Shown here in pieces: positions 29,402 to 39,000 of a stretch of DNA of 64,000 nucleotides. The DNA is from Acidimicrobiia bacterium (GTDB lineage: Bacteria; Actinomycetota; Acidimicrobiia; Spongiisociales; ZC4RG35): contig OZ244034.1 of assembly GCA_965215185.1 (NCBI GenBank), positions 832,001 to 896,000 on the forward strand. Direction: 5' to 3'. The notes beneath the pieces are model-generated. The model ran no database searches. It was not told the DNA's origin and saw only the letters and a program-made list of their open reading frames with translations. The translations under genes and the position numbers were made by a program. The stretch's first letter is position 1; each line of letters starts with the position of its first letter.

Positions 29402-29951
29402 TCAATACGTAGATTCTTGTTCTGCCTCTACCAACACCTGATGACGAAGATTCATCGGATTAACCACAGGCTGCTGATCGACGCTTTCCGGGCAGACTGC
29501 CGAGGGTCCGATGAGGTGGCCTTCAAAGTCCCAGTTCTTCCTCATGACTTGACGCAGACAGATCGAGAGTTGGTCATTGAGGCCTTTGCTCTCTCGTGAG
29601 CCCGCGCGAAGAGATTGCGGAGGCGGCGTCTCTGGCGCGTCCACAAAGGTGTTGTGTGTGCTGGCGGATGCGGAACCCGTTACGGCAGGCGCCGACACGA
29701 CCATGACTTCGTCGGTGGAGGAGGCATTGAGGGAGGCTGGTTCTGCCCATTTAATGGCTCATTTCCGAAGACCCAGAAAAGAGCGCCGGTGACCACAACC
29801 GTCCTTTGAAAGAGGTGACATCAACCGCCCCCGCATGCTGCGGCACTCACAACCCGAAGGGCGTCTACCGCCCCCCTCACCCATCAAGTGTTGTTTTGAC
29901 CACTGTCACACCCAACCCAGAAAGAGCGGGTGGTCGCATGGAGGTTTACGT

Positions 29952-31034
29952 CTATATATGGGAGTGATCGGTTGTCTCTTTATAGGCTGCGGTCAAGGCG
30001 TCTAGCACCTCGCGCGTAATCTGAGAGATGACAGTGCCCTGGCCAAGTTTCTTGGGTGCGATCAGTCGCTCAACAGATTCGATTGACTGAGGTGCCCGTC
30101 TTTCGAACACAGAACGCCAAACCGCGATATATGGTTTCAGGCCATCGTTCCAGATGGTCACCAAGCCGGCGTTGTCTGGGATGATTCTCGGCAACAACGT
30201 AAAACGATCGTTGTTTCGCCCGGCGTAACTGAAGAGGCGTACATGGGGTAAAGCGGTTAGCTCTTCGGCCCACTCGATAAGACTCTCGAACATTGCCCGA
30301 ACCTCTCCACTGGTGTCTTCAACGGAGGCTCTAAAAGCATCAGACCCATCTGACAAGGCCCCTTTGGTAGCGGAGTGCCTTGTCCTGGTAAGAGGTGCCG
30401 CGGCGTCGATGTCTGGTGAGACGCGTTGGGGGAGCGCCACTTGTGCTCCGTTGACCTCATAGACCTTGAGGGTTATCAGGTCGATTGTGAGGGCTCGCAG
30501 AGTTAAGGCATCCAAGTAGGCAACGACTCGTTCTAATTCGACAGAGACTTCATCCAACACGAGCACTAATCGAAAGCTGCCCTGGTCGAGGCATTCTTGC
30601 AATGCGGCCAGGAACGAAGGTGAATCTACTGCGCCTTCTTGGTCCTGATCTTGAACTGCGCTGAGGATGGAGTCATAACCCTCTTTAGCGAGATGCTTCT
30701 GTAGAGGACCCCTTTCCAAAGTCTCGATATCGTGTCCTCGGAGGAACGCCGCATAAGCTAACACTTGCGACACCACCGCCCTCCGGGCATCTCGATTGCT
30801 GGACAGCTTAACTTCTATGATCGCAGGACGTCCGGACGACTCCACTGCCAAGAGATCGGCGTACCCTGGTCCTAGTTGGACTTCGGCGCCCAACACCGTG
30901 AGACTTGGCGAGCCGGCCAGAGGGAGCAGCTGAGGGTTACGTTGTATGAGACTCTGAAGGGTGGCTTCGTCAACAAAAGGCTGAGGCGAACCCAAATCCC
31001 AACCCTGCCCTGTGTTCGTCCATATGCCTGTCAT
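29952..31034 (-). CDS. PD-(D/E)xK nuclease, NucS/DUF91-like
   Basis: E..LQ..I, LG.E, ADLLAV....PAIIEVK, Q.LAYAA; lower GC than core. Confidence 0.75.
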   Translation of the reverse strand: MTGIWTNTGQGWDLGSPQPFVDEATLQSLIQRNPQLLPLAGSPSLTVLGAEVQLGPGYADLLAVESSGRPAIIEVKLSSNRDARRAVVSQVLAYAAFLRGHDIETLERGPLQKHLAKEGYDSILSAVQDQDQEGAVDSPSFLAALQECLDQGSFRLVLVLDEVSVELERVVAYLDALTLRALTIDLITLKVYEVNGAQVALPQRVSPDIDAAAPLTRTRHSATKGALSDGSDAFRASVEDTSGEVRAMFESLIEWAEELTALPHVRLFSYAGRNNDRFTLLPRIIPDNAGLVTIWNDGLKPYIAVWRSVFERRAPQSIESVERLIAPKKLGQGTVISQITREVLDALTAAYKETTDHSHI

Positions 31035-31805
31035 AGCAAGGCTTCAGAGGATAGTGTCTGGAGCGAAGAGCCAATGAAACGGCCCGGCAAGGCAATAACC
31101 AGACATTCGCCCTATCTTTCCGCCGCGCCATCACACCTGGTCGGGACTGACAAACCCTCGCCATATCTATTCAACTGTGGAACCCTTCTATCCATCTGTT
31201 GCGACGGATATTCGGTAAATATCTGACGCTTTGCGGCCAGTTGTCACAAGGCCGCCTTACCATGCAACGCTGATGAGAAAGAGGTTATAACGACAGGTTG
31301 TGTTATCGAGGGACTAAGAGTGGGTCCCCGGCGTTTGTTGGCCGCCGAGGAACAATAGCCGGGCCTGGCGGCCAGGGACAGTGTAGCGGCAGAGGTGCTG
31401 GGGAACACCAACGCTATGCGGAGGGCAGTAAACCTGAGGGCCGCACTCTGGTATCCGAATAGCCGCTCTGGCTCAAGCAACCTGGAAATGGGCGTCTACT
31501 TCGAAGCGAACGCCCGTTGAGCCGGGCCGAAATGCGTCGGTTTGACGACGCCGCATTGTGCTCGTTTCTTGGCTGACGAGCTCGACCTCTCGACCTGATA
31601 GGACTGCACATCCGAGGAGGCCTTGCACGACATCGTGCTCCGACAAGCGTTTGCCTGCCATGCGGATCACAATATGTCCGTCGGGTTTAAGGACGTAGCC
31701 GACCATTCGCCAAAAGTCAGCGACCATCTTCCAGTACGAATTTGCGTTCGTGTGCCGATCATCGCTGGATATGCGGCCGGTGGTGGGATGGGGAGGGCCC
31801 CCTAG

Positions 31806-33537
31806 GAGTCTGCTGATTTATTCGGGTGGTGGGGGTTTGGGAAATGCGGTGTTTGGGGGTTGGTTTTTGGGATAATTGGGGGGATGTTGGGTACTGAACG
31901 TTTTGATCGGCAGTTGTTGGATACGTTGTCTGTGTGTGGTGATTTGGTTCCAGTGGGGTCGGTTTACCGGTTTTTGGCTGTGCATCGGCGGCGGGTGTTC
32001 CCGGACGGGTTGTTCGGGGATTTGTTCGGTGGTCGGGGGTCGCCCGTCGGTACCGGCTTCGGTGGTAGCGACGGTGTTGGTGTTACAGGCGTTGGAAGGG
32101 CTGTCTGATCGGGAAGCGATCGGGCGGTTGCGTTGTGATATTCGTTGGAAAGCGGCGGCGGGTTTGTCGTTGACCGATGAGGGGTTCCATCCGACGGTGT
32201 TGACTTTGTGGCGGGCGAGACTGCGGAACAGTTCTGCGCCGGAGCGGGTGTTCGACGCGGTGCGGGCGGTGGTCGCCGAGACGGGGGTGTTGTCGGGTCG
32301 GTGTAGGCGGGTGTTGGACTCGACGGTGTTGGATGACGCGGTGGCTACCCAGGACACGGTGACGATGATCACCGCTCAGATTCGTCGGTGTCGTCGGTTG
32401 ATCGCCCAGGCTCGCCAAACCGTGGTTTCCCATGATTATGAACAACCGGGTAGGCCCTCTTGTGATTGGGGACGATCCCGAAAGCCGTTCGGGGTTGATC
32501 AACGGGCTGGTCGCCGACGGACTGGCAGTACTCGACTCTGTGGAAGGGGCCGTTCTTGACCCAGAACAGACCGACGCGGTGGGTCTGTTAGCAGTGGTGG
32601 TAGGCCAGGACACAGAACCCGACCCCGACCGGGTGGGGAAATGGCGGATCGCACATCGGGTGGCTCCCGATCGGACCATCTCGGTGGTCGACCCCCAAGC
32701 TCGTCACGCCCGCAAAACCCGGTCGCAGCGTCGGGACGGTTACAAAGCGCACATCGCCGCCGACCCCGACACGGGGATCATCACCGCCTGTGACGTCACT
32801 TCGGCCAATGCGCCCGACGGTGCGATCGGAGTGAAAATGCTGGAAAACGAAGACTCGGGTTTGGAGATAATCGCCGACTCGGCCTACGGATCCGCTGCCA
32901 CCCGCCACCAGATCGAAGCCGCCGGCCATCACACCACTATCAAACCCCTTCCCCAATACCGTAACCCGCGTCTGGGCAAAGATCAGTTCACCCGCGACGA
33001 CTTCTCCATCGATCACCACCACCAGCAGGTGACCTGCCCGGCGGGTCGCACCACCACCATCAACACCCAAGGATGGGCCCGTTTCGGGAAGGTCTGCTCC
33101 GGCTGTCCCATCCGGGTTCGCTGCACCACCAACCCCAAAGGACGCACCCTCAAAATACGCCCACACAACCAACTCCTGATCAAAGCCCGCCGGCGATTCG
33201 AAAACCCCGAAACCCTAGCCCGCTACCACCAACACCGACCCGCCGTGGAACGGATCATCGCCTGGGTGGTAGCCAACGGCCACCGAAAACTCCGATACCG
33301 AGGCACCCAACCCAACCGACAACAACTCCACACCCGGGCCGCCGCCATCAACCTACGCCGACTCCTCAACCTCGGCCTACACCACACCCCCACCGGCTGG
33401 GCCATCCACCCCACCTAACCCACCCCGCTCTAGCCTCCCCCCACCACCATCAACACCCAATCATCCCAACCCACCGGAAAACCCCAAAACCACAAAACCA
33501 CACCCCCCACCACCAAACACCATTACTCAGCAGACTC
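31806..33537 (+). mobile_element. IS1182-family insertion sequence
   Basis: terminal IR GAGTCTGCTGA/TCAGCAGACTC, CTAG target duplication at 31802-31805 and 33538-33541. Confidence 0.9.
31884..33418 (+). pseudogene. IS1182-family transposase with two frameshifts (~32040, ~32470)
   Basis: GRPSVP, LSDREA, LDSTV, SVVDPQARH, GYKAH, ADSAYG, CPAG, RPAVER, AAAINLRRL spread across three frames. Confidence 0.85.
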
Positions 33538-34299
33538 CTAGGAACCATAACCGCAGCCACTGGTCCTCCTCGAAGTTGGTAACGTCAAGATATGGAGGCG
33601 AAGTGACGATACACGACACGGACTTCTCGGTCGCGGCAGGCAGCCTCGGTAAGTCACGAAAGTCCGAGAGCGCCACTTCGGCTCTCCCCTGTGGAGGCTG
33701 AGATAGGTATCTGAACGCGGCCTGTCGACGCAGCAATGCGAACACGTCTCGGTTTGGTGGGTGAAGATCGCGCTCTTCCCAGAAGCGAATCGAGTACGCA
33801 GGCTTGGTGCTGATCGTGCGAGGCATTTGGGCGCTCAGATAGGACGGGGAAGTCTCGCTGTCGCCGTGCAATGCACCAAGGACCAAGGCCGCGACCATCG
33901 CGTCGGAGCGCGTGCGAGACCAAGCAAGGGACTCCCGCAGGTACAAGAGCTGCGCTAGAGTCCCCGTCGAGTATGCCCGCTGGAAGAAAGCGGGTTGTAA
34001 ATGCGATCGAGAAACCCAACTGCGAGCGTCATAGCCGTCCTCCAGGTGTTTGATACGCCGCTTGAGGGTAGATAGTGCTGGTGCCCGGGTCTTGGCTGCC
34101 GTTACGCAAAAGGCGACTGGGTTGATGTCGCTAGCTAGAGTTCGACGTCCCATAAGTATGGCTTGGAAGGGCGTCGTTCCCCGCCCGCAGAATGGATCGA
34201 GTACCAGGTCCCCTGCGTTGGTGAGTTTTGCGATCCAGTGCTCCACGAACTGTTCGGGGAACATCGCGAAATATGGGCAGAGGGCGTGGAACCTATGTC

Positions 34300-34954
34300 T
34301 CATGGGAGTACATTGGCGTCGAGTGCTGCTACGACCCAACGCGCGCAGCGGCTTGCCACGTGCGCGGGTATCACGGGTGAGTGGTAGGCGATTCTGCATC
34401 GCTCGAAGATCACACCGCCAAGTATCGACCGTGTCTTCCACTCTTCCTCGGTGAGGCGATGAGGAACAAACAGCATACGTATAGGGGGGACAGCTGGGGG
34501 ATCAAACATCCAGGCCCGACACCAGACCTCGCCGGATGGCAGTTCGGTGACCTTTCTTCTCCAGTTTTGACCCGCGGCACATTGGCCGAACGCAATCACC
34601 TGGCCGGGTCGCCGGTCGGCGAAGCCGTGCCAGACAACGAGATCCAAGTAAGCGTCCTTCTGATCTCTGGCTGGCCCAACCGACTTCGCTCCACCTCCTT
34701 CGCCGAGCAGCACCGAGAGCTTGTCTACTGCCGCAGAAAAGGCCTTCTCGTCGGTGCGGCGAGGAAACCCGAAGAGGTAGGATCCGTCGCGGGTGTTGTG
34801 GCCGAAATAGCTCCGAGCCGCGTCAAGGCTGATGTCTTCGAAGTCGCGCTCGGGTCGGACTCGTGAAATCTTGCCAGCTTCAACACCAAAGTTGCTCAGC
34901 AAGAGCTGGAAGATGTAGGTCGACGCTTTGATGTCCACCTGTGGAGCAAGCTTG
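34300..34954 (-). pseudogene. restriction-endonuclease-like protein, 5' part lost at the IS30 insertion
   Basis: D...DLVVW..F.D.RPG.....GQCAAG.NW..K PD-(D/E)xK-like motif; ATGA coupling to the MTase. Confidence 0.65.
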
Positions 34955-35925
34955 GGAAACTCCACCGGTGGTTGCTCGTTTGAGCCAGTATTGCTGGCTT
35001 AGCAATACAAGCGAGAACCATCCGGTGGAGGTGTTCGATTATGGCAGCGAGGCTTTCTTTCGATGAGCGGTGTGTGATCTCGGCGATGGTCGGGGTGGGA
35101 GCGTCGGCCGGGCAGATAGCGGACGAGTTGGGTCGTCACTCGTCGACGGTGCGGCGGGAGATCAACCGTGCGGGAGGCAGGGGGGTTTACCGAGCCGAGG
35201 ATGCTCAGACAGAGGCCGAGGTCCGGGCAAGGCGTCCTAAGGTCCCGAAACTGGTCACCGATCCGCAGCTGGCCGAGGCTGTGACCCAGCGGCTGGGGAT
35301 GGGATGGTCTCCCCACGCCGTAGCAGCCGATCTCCGTAACGAGGGTTCCCTTTTGCTGGTGTGCGCGGAGACCATCTATCAGGCGTGTTACGAGCCGTGC
35401 GGTGCTCGGGGCCTGGCCGCCGGCTCCTGGCGGTGGCTACCGCGCCGCCGCAGGCGGCGGAAGCCACGCAGCCGCTGTGAACAGGCAAAACGCAGCCCAC
35501 TCGGTGACATCCGACCCATCGGTGACCGTCCTCCCGATATCGAGGAACGCCTCGAACCCGGTCACTCGGTGAGGCGATTTGATCATCGGCGCCCACAACC
35601 GCACGGCGGTGGTAACGCTCACCGAACGGGTCACCCGCCACACCCTCCTAGCCGCTCTGCCCAACGGCTACCGCGCTCCCCACACCGCCCAGGCCATCTG
35701 CGACGCCTTCTCCCGCGTTCCCAAACCTCTGCGGAAAACGCTCACCTGGGACCAAGGAAGAGAAATGAGCCAATGGTGCTCTGTCGAACAGCAGACCGGT
35801 CTCTCGGTCTATTTCTGCGACCCCCGATCACCCTGGCAACGGGCCACCAACGAGCACACCAACGGAATGCTCCGCCGCTGGCTGCCCAAAAGCACCAACC
35901 TCAACATCGGCCAAATACCCCTCTC
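34955..35925 (+). mobile_element. IS30-family element, transposase (35041-) frameshifted near 35570 and 3'-truncated
   Basis: HTH IA..LGRH.STV.REI.R, ETIYQ, broken HWEGD motif, TLTWDQGREM, PWQR.TNE.TNG.LRRWLPK; end-like GGAAACTCCACCGGTGGTTGC. Confidence 0.85.
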
Positions 35926-36073
35926 TGGCGTGTTGCGGTTCTGTTCATGTTCTCATTCAAATGCTCTGGGTGTTGTGGTGAGCCGTATATGATTTCATTG
36001 TGATGTATGTGTGATGTGGGGTGTTGGCGGTCAACAGGATACGCGGTGGATTGATAACGGAGGTGGGTTCGCG

Positions 36074-39000
36074 ATGAGGCGGGGTGGCTCCTTCGTCGGG
36101 GGTGGGGTTGCGGCGCTTGTGTTGGTGCTGGTCGCGGCGACCGTGGGTTGGGTCGGCACCGCGCCGGCGCAGACCGAGACCACCCCGCTGGTGAGCAGCG
36201 CGGGTCCGTTCACGGTGGCCGAGGGTTCGGTGAAGGTTGCTCAGATGGCGGCTTCGGGTTTCAGCGAGGATGCTGAGGATCTGTTCTGGTCGATCCTCAC
36301 CGAGGCGGACTCGGGTGCCGATGGCGACTTGTTCAAGTTGCGGCTTGATCATGTGCTGGAGTTCGTCGAGCCGCCCGATTTCGAGCAGCCCACCGACGCT
36401 GACGACGACAACGTCTATGTGGTGACGGTGAAGGTCAGCAATGGCGCCGATACTGACCCGGCCGAGGCGACTGCCGATATCAGCGTTACGGTGAGCGATG
36501 TTGGGTTTACCGCTTTCGATGCGAGCATGCTTTCTGTGGACTTTGACGAGAACCGCCATGTGCGGGTGGCGACGTTGGACGCGGGCGATCCGGTGGTGGA
36601 GTGGTCGTTGAGCGGTCCTGACGCGGGCTGGTTCCGCATCGCCGACGGGGCGCTGAGGTTCAGGTCTCAGGTATCGGGGGGTCCGCCGGACTACGAGTCG
36701 CCGGGCGATTCGGGCGCCGACAATGTCTATGTGGTGACGGTGTCCGCCGAGGAGGACTCAACCGACGTCGACACCACCGATGCCAGCTCGGTAGCGGTGT
36801 CGGTGACTGTGCTCAACGTCGACGAAGCCGGCATGGTGGCGCTGTCGGACTCGATGCCCACGATTGGTGAGGCACTGGTCGCATCATTGAGCGATCCAGA
36901 TGGCGGCGTCGCCGACATTGAGTGGGTGTGGGAGCGCTCGGTGGGCCGTTCAGCGTGGGAGGTGATCGACGCCGTTACTAGCGCCACGTATACGCCGACG
37001 GCGGCGGATTCTGAGGATTACTTGCGGGTGACGGCGACCTATACCGATGCTCTCGCGGCGGGAAGGACGGCGCGTGCGGTGGCGTCGAGCCCGCCGCTGG
37101 GCGAGCTGTTGAGCAGCTTGAGCGTCACGACTTCCTCGGCGCGCAAGATGTATCCGGTGTTCGATCCTGAGGTGTTGCACTATGCGGTGGGCTGCGATTC
37201 GGAGGTGACGTTGTCGTTGTCGGCGGCGAGTTCCGACGCCCGCGTCTCTGTCGATGGTATCCAGCAGCCTGCAAGCAACGCCGAGGTGACGGTGTCGGGC
37301 CTGCACGACGGCGACAACGGCGCCGACAGGGCACACAGTGGTCCCGACGCGAGCGACATCGAGATCGTCGTGAGCGATGCCGACGGGTCGAGCACCACCT
37401 ATGTGGTGCACTGCATCCACGACGACTACCCCGAGATCACGCCCATCCGCAATGCGACCTCAGACGGCGTGATCGAGGACCTGATCCTGCTGCACCTGCA
37501 GCCCGACCTGGAGGCCGGGGTGTACCCGTCCATAGTCGACACGAACGGCGTGCCGCGCTTTCACCGCCACACGCGCGGCGACGGCCCGTTCTTCCGGGTG
37601 TTCCACATCGACGGGCGCTACCGGTACGCGTGGGCGCAGAGGAGCGCTGACACGGGGAACCAGTGGATCATCCTCGACGAGTACTTCACCGTGCTTGACA
37701 ACAAGGTCACCACATCATCACCGTTGGTAAAGACCAACGCCCACGATTTCCGCATTCTCGACAATGGCAACTATCTGTTGATGTCTTATGAGCCGGGTTA
37801 TCGGGACCTGCGCTTCATGGAGTCGCTGATACCGGAGATCTCCGACCCTGCACGGGTGCCGATAGACGATACGGCGGTCCAGATCATCACACCGCGCAAG
37901 CCGAACGGCACCGCGGTGTTCAATTGGAGCTCATTCGACCAGATGGACGTGAGGGACTGTCTGAGCCACCGTTTCCCGAACGACTTCGCCCATGGCAACA
38001 GCCTCCAGTATTGGGAACCGGAAGGCCGGGACCAGGACTGGATCGTGGTCAGCCTCCGGGGCTGTTCAGCGGTCGCGGTCATCGACGCCGACACCGCGGA
38101 GACGGTGGCGAGGATCGGTCGCACGAATCTGAGTGCAGATGAGTGGGCCGCGGCCGGCAAGGGCGACCCGCCGCTGACGCTCCTCGACGACCCCCACGGC
38201 GAGTTCTGCGGGCAGCACGCCGCCTGGATGCTGCCGCACGAGCATCTCGTGATGTTCGACAACGGCAACTCTTGCACCACAGATTCGCGCACCGGCGAGA
38301 CGGTCAGGAACAGCAATAAGCCCGACCTGTTCAGCCGGGTCGTCGAGTACGCCTTGGATCTGGACAACGGTGAGGCGGTCTTCGTGCGCCACCATTCGAT
38401 GCACAGTGCGGAGAACCGGCTGGGCCGTTCGTCGGGCCATGTCGATGTGCTCGACAACGGCGACTGGCTGATCGGCTGGGGCCGAGCCAATCACGACACC
38501 GATCCCGAGACGGCCTGGGGGCCCGACGAGGCGGTCACCCAGGCCGACCCCGACACCGGCGAGGAGAAGTTCGCGCTGCAGATCTCCGAGCCCGACGGCT
38601 TGCTGCTCGACGTCGACGGCGACGGCGACACCGAGCGGGAACAGCTCAGGGTGAGGCCGGAATCGCTGAGCCCGGTCGCTCTGGCGTCCGACCGGCTCGA
38701 GCTGGAGGCAGGGTTCGCAGCGGGCAGTGATCACACCGCGGGGTTCTTCACCAGCGTGCAGGCTCGGCCCACCGTGGTGGTGAGCTTCAACCAGCCGGTG
38801 GTGGATTTTGACGAGACCACCACGTCGATGACGGTGCCGGGCGGCACGCTGGAGTCAGTGGCGCCCCATGTGGTTGCGGGCGAGCCGGCGTACTCGTACC
38901 TGCTGACGCTGGCACCCGACGGAGAGGCGGCTATGACGGTGAGCCTCGTGGCCTCGCAGGCCTGCGACGCGGGCGGCATTTGCACCGCGGACGGCTCGAT

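Larger units (their letters stand above)
31473..34303 (-). pseudogene. DNA methyltransferase (N4C/N6A type) split by an IS1182-family element
   Basis: YFAMFP, DPFCGRGTT, TSPPY; removing the IS and one CTAG restores LWFLG-GPPHP in frame, giving ~364 aa. Confidence 0.88.

Noticed and set aside
29402-29810. Short ORFs between the hairpin and the NucS-like gene; similar fragments at 28120-28360, 59650-60060 and 63600-63730
   Set aside because: Probably decayed gene fragments; no family could be assigned by eye.
33073-33582. Pro/His/Thr-rich ORF and similar ORFs at 41530 and 43226
   Set aside because: Shadow frames produced by C/A-rich low-complexity DNA.
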